A DNA stretch of 32,000 nucleotides from Erysipelotrichaceae bacterium MTC7 (GCA_001695645.1 LVZN01000045.1:1-32000); one strand, 5' to 3'; counted from the stretch's first letter, positions 1-7,868 are shown. A program made the numbers and translations. Notes: generated by a model from the sequence alone, not told the origin.

Positions 1-1242
1 ATACTTAAGTGCTCAATTGATGAGTTGTTTAAGCAAGTATATTTATACATACAAGACAAAGAAGCATTAGAAGAAAACATTCTATATATAGATGGAACGA
101 AGTTTGAAGCTAATGCAAATAAAATGACGTTCTTTTGGCGTGCATGGCAAAAAAGATATCAGCCTCGCCACTGGAAAAAGTGCATTGAAATCATCAGACA
201 AATTAATACATATTTTAAAAAGAATGAAATCAATATCAGGTATTCTATTATTAAAGAACCAAGCATAGAATATTTGATTGAGATTGATGAACGAATCGAA
301 AAGTACATCGCTGAAAAGAAGTTTATCCGTAGAAGACGTGGAAAACACGAACTTGCAAAACTAGTTGATGAACTTAAGAAAAGTGCAATTAAAATGTGGC
401 AATATGCGATGGCTAATGATGTATTAGGCAATCGCAATAGTTTTTCAAAGACAGATGCAGATGCAACATTTATGCATATGAAGTACGATTATTATAACCA
501 CACAAATGTCTTCAAACCAGGATATAATGTACAGGCTGGTATCGTTGACGGATACATTGCACATATGTATATAAGTGCAGATCCAAACGACATCAAAACG
601 TTACAGCCATTTTTAAATGAATTCAAAAAGCAGTATGATGAATATCCAAAAACAGTTGTCGGAGATGCAGGATATGGTGGATATGATAATTATGAGTTCT
701 GCAAACGAAACAGTATAGAAGCTGTACTTAAATATAGTGGATATGAAGCAAAGAAGAAAAAAGTAAATGATAAGAATCGCTATCATTTAGTACATTTTGA
801 AAGGACAACTGACGGAACACCAATATGTCCGCAAGGATATGCATTTGATATAGAGAGAACCAGTGTAAAGCACTTTGGCTTAACACCAAAGGTTACAATA
901 TATTATCGCAATTCCAATTGTGCGGCATGTCCAGTAAGAAACAGATGCACAAAGGCCACAAAAGGGCGCACAGCGCAAATCACCCCGGCATTAGAAAAAG
1001 AAAAGAAACGTATTGATGAACTTCTTGAAACCGGACGTGGAAAGCAATTGCTAAGTAATCGAAGTTCGCAAGCTGAGGGAACATTTGCAGATATTAAAGA
1101 AAATTTCAAATACACACGTTTACAAAGACGAGGAGAAAGTGGTGTTGAGGTAGAAATGAAACTTGTAGGAATTGGCTTCAATTTACGTAAATACCATAAT
1201 AAAAAACATGGGAAACCGAAAGACGATATTATATTGTCATAG
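1..1242 (+). CDS. IS1182-family DDE transposase, C-terminal ~410 aa (N-terminus lies off the left edge of the window)
   Basis: Frame 1 is open from base 1 (ILKCSIDELFKQVY...), so the listed ORF 25..1242 is only the in-window part. Motifs YIDGTKFEANANK, GYNVQ, VVGDAGYGGYDNYEF, a Cys cluster CAACPVRNRC, and the C-terminal SQAEGTFADIKENFKYTRLQRRG...GFNLRKYH are typical of IS1182-family transposases as I remember them. Confidence 0.85.
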   Translation: MLKCSIDELFKQVYLYIQDKEALEENILYIDGTKFEANANKMTFFWRAWQKRYQPRHWKKCIEIIRQINTYFKKNEINIRYSIIKEPSIEYLIEIDERIEKYIAEKKFIRRRRGKHELAKLVDELKKSAIKMWQYAMANDVLGNRNSFSKTDADATFMHMKYDYYNHTNVFKPGYNVQAGIVDGYIAHMYISADPNDIKTLQPFLNEFKKQYDEYPKTVVGDAGYGGYDNYEFCKRNSIEAVLKYSGYEAKKKKVNDKNRYHLVHFERTTDGTPICPQGYAFDIERTSVKHFGLTPKVTIYYRNSNCAACPVRNRCTKATKGRTAQITPALEKEKKRIDELLETGRGKQLLSNRSSQAEGTFADIKENFKYTRLQRRGESGVEVEMKLVGIGFNLRKYHNKKHGKPKDDIILS

Positions 1243-1363
1243 TTTTCCACATTAGTTTAAAAAGTTTATACAAAAGCGAATCAAAAATCAGCCTAAAATG
1301 AAAATAGGCCTTTAATAATGTACACATGATTAAGAAAATGAGCAATATATGGAATAAACCAAG

Positions 1364-1383
1364 AAAAAAAGGAGCTGTGCTCC
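1364..1383 (-). terminator. Weak terminator-like hairpin (GGAGC-aca-GCTCC followed by T7 on the minus strand)
   Basis: Plus strand reads aaaaaaa GGAGC tgt GCTCC (1364-1383). The minus strand gives a 5-bp GC stem followed by UUUUUUU. It sits 8 nt downstream of a 15-codon minus-strand mini-ORF (1439->1392). The stem is short. Confidence 0.3.
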
Positions 1384-1587
1384 AGATTTGGCTAAATATG
1401 CCTATCTGTCACAGCCCCTACTGTTATCTGTTTTTTCATAATTTCTGACCCCTTTCGTCAAACATTACTTGTTCACTAATCATCTATGCTTTTTTCATAT
1501 CATTCTATTCCATTCCCTATGTAAATAGTAGGAATTATTTTTAAAAGGAAATCCAGTTTAGTGACATGGATAGGTCAAATGAATAAA

Positions 1588-1604
1588 TGTGTGTGTTGTG
1601 TGTG
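1588..1604. repeat. Interrupted (TG)4-T-(TG)4 microsatellite
   Basis: tgtgtgtg t tgtgtgtg read directly. It lies inside the first, most degenerate module of the tandem array. Confidence 0.9.
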
Positions 1605-1716
1605 TTTATAGAGGGATTTCTTATTCAAACCTATAGTTTTGGTAGGATTTTAGATTTGAATAATAACCGCGTACACATCGCGGTGTGTAAATAGAGTATC
1701 CTTTATTTACATGACA

Positions 1717-1744
1717 ATTCTAACATAACTGAGGGGGTAGTCAA
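1717..1744 (-). promoter_or_regulatory. Strong sigma-A-type promoter (TTGACT-16 nt-TGtTAGAAT) on the minus strand, module 2
   Basis: Reverse complement of 1717-1744 is TTGACT accccctcagttatgt TAGAAT, with an extended -10 TG. The CCTA-N9-TAGG site 1753-1769 lies exactly 8 nt upstream of the -35. Confidence 0.55.
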
Positions 1745-1839
1745 CTAGAATGCCTATTGGAATAATAGGAATATAAATTTAAAGAAATTCCGCTAATTAT
1801 ATGCGGGTTTCTAAAAGGCTTTCCTCTCTTTACATCTTC

Positions 1840-1867
1840 ATAATACCACAGAAAATAAAAGAGTCAA
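1840..1867 (-). promoter_or_regulatory. Strong sigma-A-type promoter (TTGACT-16 nt-TGgTATTAT) on the minus strand, module 3
   Basis: Reverse complement of 1840-1867 is TTGACT cttttattttctgtgg TATTAT, with an extended -10 TG. The CCTA-N9-TAGG site 1876-1892 lies exactly 8 nt upstream of the -35, the same geometry as module 2. Confidence 0.55.
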
Positions 1868-1918
1868 CGATTATACCTATAAAAATAGTAGGAATAACAT
1901 AATTTACCAAAATTCGAT

Positions 1919-1957
1919 AAAAGAAAAGAAGACTTGGCTATTTTTCCAAGTCTTCTT
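1919..1957 (-). terminator. Rho-independent terminator of the DUF815 ATPase gene
   Basis: 12-bp stem aagaagacttgg (1926-1937) / ccaagtcttctt (1946-1957). The loop contains the stop codon. The minus-strand tail is UUCUUUUAU. Confidence 0.75.
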
Positions 1958-3134
1958 GTATCTTTTGCATTTCCACAAACTGCTTAGCAGTTCGTGGGCT
2001 TCTTCCATTGTTGCGAAGTGCAAACATCTCTGCTTGCGTGATCAATTCATCACCTTCAATCGATAGTTGGTTTTCACGCGCAAGTCCTTGTACAATCTCT
2101 AAATACAAATCTTTATTTGGTTTTTGGAATGTGATCGTCAACCCAAAGCGTGCTGCTAAGCTCATCGTTTCTTGAATGGAGTCGTTTGTAAACAATTCAT
2201 CCGCATTGCGGTCTTTCATACTTTCTTTCACAAAGTGTCGTCGATTGGTTGTTGCATAAATCAAAACATTTGTTTGACGCCCACCAACACCACCTTCTAG
2301 TATGGTTTTTAGTGCCACAAAATTATCATCGCTTCGATTGAAACTTAAATCATCGATAAAGATAATAAACTTTAATGGGTTTTTAGCAAGTTCATCCATC
2401 AGTTCGGGTAAACGATGCAACAGCTGTTTGGATACTTCAATCAAACGCAAGCCTTGATCTTTATAGGCATTGGCAATTGCTTTCACTGTTGAACTCTTCC
2501 CAGTTCCCGCATCTCCATAAAGTAAAGCATTACTTGCTTTCATACCTTGTAAAAAGGCAACGGTATTTTGTTCCACCTGCTTACGCTCACGTCGATATCC
2601 AATAAGCTCATGTAAACTTTGTGGGTCTGGATGATGCACTGGCAGTAGACCTTGTTTTTCTAAACGGAATACATGATACTTTGCAAATACACCATACCCA
2701 TCAATTGGCAAGCGCTCCATTTTATGTAAATAATCCTTTCGGAATTGATACTTTGTGGTTTTCCATTTCGGTAAATAACCAGGATATGGCAAATCACGTA
2801 GAACACTTTCTGAAGTCAATTGACTTAGTTCTTGTATAACTCTTAATTCATGCAATAAACATTGATGAAGTATGTTTTCAATTGGCTTTGCCTGTGCAAT
2901 ACGTGAAACATATACGTTTTCATCCCGCATCACATACCGATACAAATACCGCGACATATTGGTATCCACATCAAACAAAGTTGCACAGAAATCACAATAC
3001 AAATCGATGTAGTTTGCAACATCTTGGTCGTTTGTATCAAGTAGTTTTCTTAGCTTGATCACAATTGGTTCACTAAGCAAACTTCTAAATATGACAAGCG
3101 TACTTAAACGTTTCTGTAATTCTGTAAACTTCAT
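1938..3134 (-). CDS. AAA-superfamily ATP-binding protein, DUF815 / COG2607-like
   Basis: 398 aa. Walker A LLYGDAGTGKSS, Walker B FIIFIDDLSF, and the overall layout of the DUF815 family. SD AAAGGGG lies 7 nt upstream of the ATG. Confidence 0.75.
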   Translation of the reverse strand: MKFTELQKRLSTLVIFRSLLSEPIVIKLRKLLDTNDQDVANYIDLYCDFCATLFDVDTNMSRYLYRYVMRDENVYVSRIAQAKPIENILHQCLLHELRVIQELSQLTSESVLRDLPYPGYLPKWKTTKYQFRKDYLHKMERLPIDGYGVFAKYHVFRLEKQGLLPVHHPDPQSLHELIGYRRERKQVEQNTVAFLQGMKASNALLYGDAGTGKSSTVKAIANAYKDQGLRLIEVSKQLLHRLPELMDELAKNPLKFIIFIDDLSFNRSDDNFVALKTILEGGVGGRQTNVLIYATTNRRHFVKESMKDRNADELFTNDSIQETMSLAARFGLTITFQKPNKDLYLEIVQGLARENQLSIEGDELITQAEMFALRNNGRSPRTAKQFVEMQKIQEDLEK

Positions 3135-3193
3135 ATAATCACCCCTTTATTTATGATATAATTGTAGCATTAAATAAGGGGGTTGACTAGAAT

Positions 3194-4423
3194 ATGGCAA
3201 ACAACGATGAAAACAAATCATTAAGTATCGACTTAGTGTTAGGCGCACGACGCGTGCTAAACGACGTAATTCGTAAAACCGATGTAATCGCCGCTACAAA
3301 TATTCCAAGTCCAAATAACCTGTTTCTTAAAACAGAAAATTTACAATTAACGGGGAGTTTTAAGGTTCGTGGATCATATTATAAGATAAGCAAACTTTCA
3401 GATGAGGAAAAAGCAAAGGGAATCATTGCATGTAGTGCGGGTAATCATGCCCAAGGGGTTGCACTAGCAGCACAAAAAAATAACATTCCTTGTATTATAT
3501 GTATGCCGGATAGCGCTCCTATTTCAAAAGTAGAAGCAACAAAGAGTTTTGGTGCAGAAATTGTCTTGGTAAAAGGAACTTATGATGATGCCTACAAAGA
3601 AGCCTTGCGCTTACACCAAGAACACGGATATACATTCATTCATCCTTTTGATGATGTTGATGTTATCGCAGGTCAAGGAACCATCGGTCTTGAAATTGTT
3701 GACCAGATGGAGAACATTGATGCGGTTGTTGTTCCTATTGGTGGAGGTGGTTTAATCAGCGGTGTTGCCTACACCATCAAAACCTTACATCCAGAAATAA
3801 AAGTTTATGGAGTCCAAGCAGCTGGAGCAGCCTGCATGTATGAAGCATGCAAACAAAACAGCATCATTGAGTTGGATCAAGTTAGTACATTTGCTGACGG
3901 TATTGCTGTCATGCGCGCTGGTGATACAACCTACGATTTAACCATGAAATACGTAGATGAAATCCTTACGGTAAGCGATGATGAGATTGCAGCTGCCATC
4001 TTGATGTTATTAGAAAAACAAAAACTTTTATCTGAAGGAGCTGGAGCGGTTGCTGTGGCAGCAGAAATGTTTGGTAAAATTCCAATGCAACACAAAAATG
4101 TGGTGTGCATTGTCAGCGGTGGAAACATCGATGTAAACATATTATCTCGTGTTGTAACACGTGGTTTAATCATGAGTGGCCGTAAGACTTCCTTAACGAT
4201 TGCGCTCGTTGATAAACCAGGTCAACTACTTGGAGTTAGTAAAGTTATTAGTGATTGTGGTGGTAATGTTGTTGCAATAGATTACGATGCAGGAGATCCT
4301 AATATGGATATCAACTCTTGTTTCTTAAAGATTACGATGGAAACAAAACACCATGGACATATTGAGCAAATTAAAACTGCTCTAAGAAATGAAGGCTTTG
4401 AAATTGTTAAAGAACGTACTTAG
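3194..4423 (+). CDS. ilvA: Threonine ammonia-lyase (threonine dehydratase), short form with one C-terminal ACT-like domain
   Basis: 409 aa. PLP-lysine motif LQLTGSFKVRG, SAGNHAQGVALAA, and glycine loop PIGGGGLISG. Confidence 0.9.
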   Translation: MANNDENKSLSIDLVLGARRVLNDVIRKTDVIAATNIPSPNNLFLKTENLQLTGSFKVRGSYYKISKLSDEEKAKGIIACSAGNHAQGVALAAQKNNIPCIICMPDSAPISKVEATKSFGAEIVLVKGTYDDAYKEALRLHQEHGYTFIHPFDDVDVIAGQGTIGLEIVDQMENIDAVVVPIGGGGLISGVAYTIKTLHPEIKVYGVQAAGAACMYEACKQNSIIELDQVSTFADGIAVMRAGDTTYDLTMKYVDEILTVSDDEIAAAILMLLEKQKLLSEGAGAVAVAAEMFGKIPMQHKNVVCIVSGGNIDVNILSRVVTRGLIMSGRKTSLTIALVDKPGQLLGVSKVISDCGGNVVAIDYDAGDPNMDINSCFLKITMETKHHGHIEQIKTALRNEGFEIVKERT

Positions 4424-4442
4424 GATGCATAGCATCCTTTTT
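4422..4442 (+). terminator. Rho-independent terminator of ilvA
   Basis: AGGATGC-ata-GCATCC stem starting at the stop codon, followed by a T5 run. Confidence 0.75.
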
Positions 4443-4464
4443 ACTTGCTTCACGTTACAATAAC

Positions 4465-4508
4465 CACAAAAAACAGACATTGCTTTGATTATAAAGCGAT
4501 GTCTGTTT
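4465..4508 (-). terminator. Rho-independent terminator of mnmG
   Basis: 13-bp stem 4471-4483 / 4496-4508 (one G-U) overlapping the stop codon. The minus-strand tail is U-rich (UUUGUGG after the A/U end of the stem). Confidence 0.7.
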
Positions 4509-6354
4509 ATCTTTTCTTTAGGTAAATCATAAGTACTGCAATATCTGCAGGACTCACACCACTGATACGGCTTGCTTGTCCAACCGTAATTGGTTTCACT
4601 TGATCTAGTTTTTGACGTGCTTCAAGCGCGAGATTATCAATGTTTGCATAATCAATATCAACTGGAAGTTTTAGTTTATCCATCGATAACATGCGTTCTG
4701 CTTCTTTTTTGGCTTTGATAATGTAACCTTCATATTTCACTTCAATCTCAACAGCTTCCATTACATCATTATCATAATGAACACCAAGCAATAAACATAA
4801 CTGTGCCAGTTGCACCTTTGGTCGTTTCAACAAATCATAAGCGGATGTTCCATCACTCAAATTATCATATCCGATTTGTTGCAAATATGCGTTCACTTCA
4901 CTTTTTGGCGTAAAGCGCGTTTCTAGCAACCATTGTTTACAAGCAACAATTTGTTTTTGCTTATGGACAAAGCGTTCATACCGTTCTTCTGGTAATAAAC
5001 CAATTTCATATCCATACCCACTCAAACGTGTATCGGCATTATCGTGACGCAACAACAAACGATATTCAGCACGACTGGTTAACAAGCGATACGGTTCTTT
5101 TGTTCCTTTATTGGCAAGATCGTCAATAAGCACACCCAAATATGCTTCATCACGACGTAAGACAAATGGTTCTTTACCATCAATCTTGCGTACTGCATTA
5201 ATGGCAGCCATCAAACCTTGACCAGCTGCTTCTTCATATCCACTGGTTCCATTGATTTGACCAGCGGTAAATAAATTTTCCACAATCTTACTTTCTAAAC
5301 TTACTTTCATTTGTAAGGGATCGATTGCATCATATTCAATGGCATATCCATATTTATCGATGACTGCATATTCAAGACCTGGCAGTGAATGAATCATCTC
5401 GTCTTGAATGTGTTCTGGCATAGAAGTTGAAAACCCCTGAACATACGTCGTATCTAGAGATAAACTTTCTGGTTCTAAGAAAATCTGGTGACGTTCTTTA
5501 TCATGAAAACGTACCAACTTATCTTCAATACTTGGACAATATCTTGGACCAACACCTTCAACCAATCCTGAATACATGGCACTCTCTTGTAAATTCGAGT
5601 TGATAATTTCATGTGTCTTTGGACTGGTGTATGTTAAATAACATAGCACTTGTTCAGCTAATGGCATGATTTCTTTTGTATCATAGCTGAACGATACAAA
5701 GCCATCGGTTCCAGGTTGTGGCTCGGTTTTACTAAAATCAATACTGTTGGTTTTAACTCGTGCAGGTGTTCCTGTTTTTAAACGGAACGTTTGTATTCCT
5801 AAATCACGTAGTGATTGTGAAAGTGCATTTGTCGTTGGTTCTTGATCCGGGCCACTAGGTGTTGCACTATGTCCAAGCAAGATTTTCCCACTCATATAGG
5901 TTCCTGTTGTTAGAATCACTGTTTTAGCGTATACTTCTGTGCCATCCACCAGTTTCACCCCAATTGCTTTACCATCTTTTGTAAGTAGGGTTTCAATCAT
6001 CCCCTCACGAACTTCAAGACCCGTTTGTTTGAGTAGTTGTTCTTGCATATATTTTCCATATGCAAGCTTATCACTTTGGACACGCAAACAACGCACACCA
6101 GGTCCTTTGTTTGTGTTTAACATCTTGAATTGGATTGCAGTTGCATCTGCAGCCTTCCCCATTTCCCCACCAAGGGCATCAATTTCGCGGACCACAATCC
6201 CTTTTGCTGGTCCACCAACGGAAGGGTTACATGGCATTTTTGCGATATTCTCAATCGACAAACTAAATAGGATGGTTTTTTTATGCATACGTGCACTTGC
6301 TAAAGCAGCTTCAACTCCTGCATGTCCACCACCGACTACGATAACATCAACCAT
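4507..6354 (-). CDS. mnmG: tRNA uridine-5-carboxymethylaminomethyl(34) synthesis enzyme MnmG (GidA)
   Basis: 615 aa. N-terminal FAD motif VIVVGGGHAGVEAA. Full-length colinear with MnmG (GPRYCPSIEDK, GQINGTSGYEEAAGQG). SD AGGAGG. Confidence 0.95.
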   Translation of the reverse strand: MVDVIVVGGGHAGVEAALASARMHKKTILFSLSIENIAKMPCNPSVGGPAKGIVVREIDALGGEMGKAADATAIQFKMLNTNKGPGVRCLRVQSDKLAYGKYMQEQLLKQTGLEVREGMIETLLTKDGKAIGVKLVDGTEVYAKTVILTTGTYMSGKILLGHSATPSGPDQEPTTNALSQSLRDLGIQTFRLKTGTPARVKTNSIDFSKTEPQPGTDGFVSFSYDTKEIMPLAEQVLCYLTYTSPKTHEIINSNLQESAMYSGLVEGVGPRYCPSIEDKLVRFHDKERHQIFLEPESLSLDTTYVQGFSTSMPEHIQDEMIHSLPGLEYAVIDKYGYAIEYDAIDPLQMKVSLESKIVENLFTAGQINGTSGYEEAAGQGLMAAINAVRKIDGKEPFVLRRDEAYLGVLIDDLANKGTKEPYRLLTSRAEYRLLLRHDNADTRLSGYGYEIGLLPEERYERFVHKQKQIVACKQWLLETRFTPKSEVNAYLQQIGYDNLSDGTSAYDLLKRPKVQLAQLCLLLGVHYDNDVMEAVEIEVKYEGYIIKAKKEAERMLSMDKLKLPVDIDYANIDNLALEARQKLDQVKPITVGQASRISGVSPADIAVLMIYLKKR

Positions 6355-6384
6355 GAAAACACCTCCTTATTTTAAATCTTTCCT

Positions 6385-6413
6385 ATAATATACCAATTAA
6401 GCGAATACTTCAA
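6385..6413 (-). promoter_or_regulatory. Candidate mnmG promoter (TTGAAG-17-TATTAT)
   Basis: Reverse complement reads TTGAAG tattcgcttaattggta TATTAT, about 30 nt upstream of the mnmG SD. Confidence 0.45.
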
Positions 6414-6497
6414 CCATTTGCCCATCTTTATCCGATTGTTGAAACCCTACATAATGTTATTGTTTTATAAGCAAAAAGTTATATAAAAGCTAGATAT

Positions 6498-6526
6498 TTG
6501 CTTTTTTTTACAAAATGAAATATAAT
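6498..6526 (+). promoter_or_regulatory. Candidate promoter (TTGCTT-17-TATAAT) for the 6620 gene
   Basis: ttgctt ttttttacaaaatgaaa tataat read directly. It would give a ~85-nt 5' UTR containing a ttggc/gccaa hairpin and two atttcgaa repeats. Confidence 0.45.
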
Positions 6527-6619
6527 TCCATACGTTGGCGATTATTGCCAAACAAGTGCAAATATTTCGAATAGCTAAAAATCAAATATCGAGATTTCGA
6601 AAAAGGAGAGTATACTATT

Positions 6620-7579
6620 ATGAAAAGAAACGTTGAGAAACCCACCTCCCGTTTGGGAGTTAAAGTAAAGACCATTGTTGCAAAAGGTAAGCAACTTCTT
6701 AACAATTCAAAACCAGTCTCATTTGTAAAAGCCTTTAGTTCAAAGGTATTACAAAGACTAAACAAAACAACAAACATCATTCGTATTGAAACAAAACGAA
6801 TGAACGGGCGTTCTTTAGGACGTCAATTCTTAATTTACATTAAAGGCGTAGAAGTCACTTTACCACGTACGGTTGCTGTTATTACAGTGTGTTCATTACT
6901 TGTATATACAAGTGGATCACAGTTACAAAAACCGACGGTCTTGCGTAAGAATTTAGGCGTACAACCGTTTGTTACAACCGCATCTATGCAAAGCCCAACA
7001 AGCTTTGACATTCAAGATGAAGTGGATAAAAATGCAAAAGCTATAGAAATCAAAAAAGCAGAAGAAGCAAGACGCGTGCAAGAAGCAGAAGAACTACGCA
7101 AACAACAAGAAGAAGCCGCACGTTTAGCTTTGGAAGCACAAATCGCAGCAGAAGAGCAAAAATACTCATCAAGTGGCGTATGTTCACTTGCTGCTGACAA
7201 CATCTCATTCATGGATTATCGAATGATTCGCACAGGAAGTTTACAATACCAATATCTACAAGCTTACATGAATGTATCAGCAGATGGACTCCTTCGTACA
7301 GAAGATGGATTTATCGCTGTGGCCTTGGGTTCATATTATGGTCCCATCGGGTCAAAATATCGCTTTACAACATCAACCGGACAAACATTTAAAGTCATGA
7401 AGATTGATGAAAAAAGTGATAATCACACAACAAACGGGTGTACAGATAGCACAAACTCAATGATTGAATTTATCATTGATACACCAAACATTCATAGCGC
7501 AGTGAAAATGAGCGGAACGTTCACTTCACTAGCAGCTTTTAGCGGTACAATTGTACAAGCGGAATATTACACTGAATAA
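6620..7579 (+). CDS. Membrane-anchored protein with an E/A/Q-rich coiled coil and an uncharacterised C-terminal globular domain (possible cell-envelope hydrolase; function unknown)
   Basis: 319 aa. SD AAAAGGAGAG. Basic N-terminus, hydrophobic segment TVAVITVCSLLVYT, coiled coil KKAEEARRVQEAEELRKQQEEAARLALEAQIAAEEQ, and a C-terminal ~140-aa domain (FMDYRMI...VALGSYYGPIGSKYRF...FKVMKIDEKSDNHT...MIEFIID). Confidence 0.6.
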   Translation: MKRNVEKPTSRLGVKVKTIVAKGKQLLNNSKPVSFVKAFSSKVLQRLNKTTNIIRIETKRMNGRSLGRQFLIYIKGVEVTLPRTVAVITVCSLLVYTSGSQLQKPTVLRKNLGVQPFVTTASMQSPTSFDIQDEVDKNAKAIEIKKAEEARRVQEAEELRKQQEEAARLALEAQIAAEEQKYSSSGVCSLAADNISFMDYRMIRTGSLQYQYLQAYMNVSADGLLRTEDGFIAVALGSYYGPIGSKYRFTTSTGQTFKVMKIDEKSDNHTTNGCTDSTNSMIEFIIDTPNIHSAVKMSGTFTSLAAFSGTIVQAEYYTE

Positions 7580-7616
7580 AAAAATGTCGTAAACCTAAGT
7601 TTACGGCATTTTTTTA
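7577..7616. terminator. Bidirectional rho-independent terminator between convergent genes
   Basis: Stem tgtcgtaaac (7585-7594) / gtttacggca (7599-7608), loop ctaa, flanked by an A-run on the left and a T7 run on the right. Confidence 0.8.
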
Positions 7617-7868
7617 GTTTAAATCCATCAATTCTGCACGGATACCTTCAATATCATTAAAGGCAGCCATCATGTCATCAATTTCTGCTTTCGTCCCACA
7701 AGCTTGAATTATGATCAATCCATCATTTGAACAGTATTTTTCATCTGTTTCATGCAATCCCAATCGTGTTTTGATATTACATCCTGTTTTCGTTAACACT
7801 TCCTGTAATTTCACTGCATTATGTTGTCTTGATGATAGACGAAGTCCGATAATGTAAAAACAATCCAT
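7614..7868 (-). CDS. Small ACT-like protein, possibly TM1266 family (putative iron-only hydrogenase system regulator family)
   Basis: 84 aa. SD AGGAGG. The pattern FYIIGLRL...VLTKTGCNIKTRLGLHE...LIIIQACGT...IEGIRAEL resembles the beta-alpha-beta-beta-alpha-beta ACT-like fold of TM1266-type proteins. Family assignment is from memory only. Confidence 0.4.
   Translation of the reverse strand: MDCFYIIGLRLSSRQHNAVKLQEVLTKTGCNIKTRLGLHETDEKYCSNDGLIIIQACGTKAEIDDMMAAFNDIEGIRAELMDLN

Larger units (their letters stand above)
1516..1892. repeat. Degenerate tandem array of ~114-123 bp modules, each starting with CCTA-N9-TAGGA(A/T)T
   Basis: CCTA-N9-TAGG occurs at 1516-1532, 1630-1646, 1753-1769 and 1876-1892 (spacings 114, 123, 123 bp). 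A short hairpin sits at a constant offset of 35-37 nt but with different stem sequences: ATCCA/TGGAT 1551-1571, ACCGCG/CGCGGT 1666-1684, CCGC/GCGG 1790-1806. Blocks TTTACAT and AGTCAAC are conserved in modules 2 and 3. Confidence 0.7.

Noticed and set aside
1588-1604. (TG)n tract as a phase-variation switch
   Set aside because: There are only 4+4 units, interrupted by a T. It lies in the decayed module of the tandem array, not in a functional promoter spacer or coding region. A similar 13-mer at 29256-29268 inside a coding region is low-complexity coincidence.
1732-1777. Mini-ORF MPIGIIGI preceded by GAGGGGG, which resembles the ilvA ribosome-binding region at 3176-3198
   Set aside because: The ORF has 8 codons and a 12-nt SD-ATG spacing. 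The G-run is better explained as the spacer of the minus-strand TTGACT-16-TAGAAT promoter, and the ORF body is the CCTA-N9-TAGG site. The similarity to the ilvA RBS is short and probably fortuitous.
1516-1892. CRISPR array as an explanation for the periodic repeats
   Set aside because: The period is ~120 bp, not 55-75 bp. The repeats are degenerate rather than near-identical 25-40-mers. There are no cas genes in the window.
1-3134. IS element plus the adjacent AAA ATPase as a defence or accessory island
   Set aside because: The DUF815 ATPase is a single gene with its own SD and terminator. It has no nuclease, methylase, toxin or other partner genes. The flanking genes are core metabolism (ilvA, mnmG). 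Nothing supports a multi-gene defence system.
5939-6388. 149-aa plus-strand ORF antisense to mnmG
   Set aside because: It lies entirely within the well-supported mnmG gene on the opposite strand. Its composition is low-complexity (Ser/Pro/Thr/Ile-rich), it has no SD, and it has no recognisable motifs. It is a typical shadow ORF.
6531-6619. Possible riboswitch (for example c-di-AMP/ydaO) in the 5' UTR of the 6620 envelope-protein gene
   Set aside because: The UTR is too short and too AT-rich. It lacks the conserved GC-rich pseudo-symmetric ydaO core. Only a 5-bp hairpin and an 8-nt direct repeat are visible.
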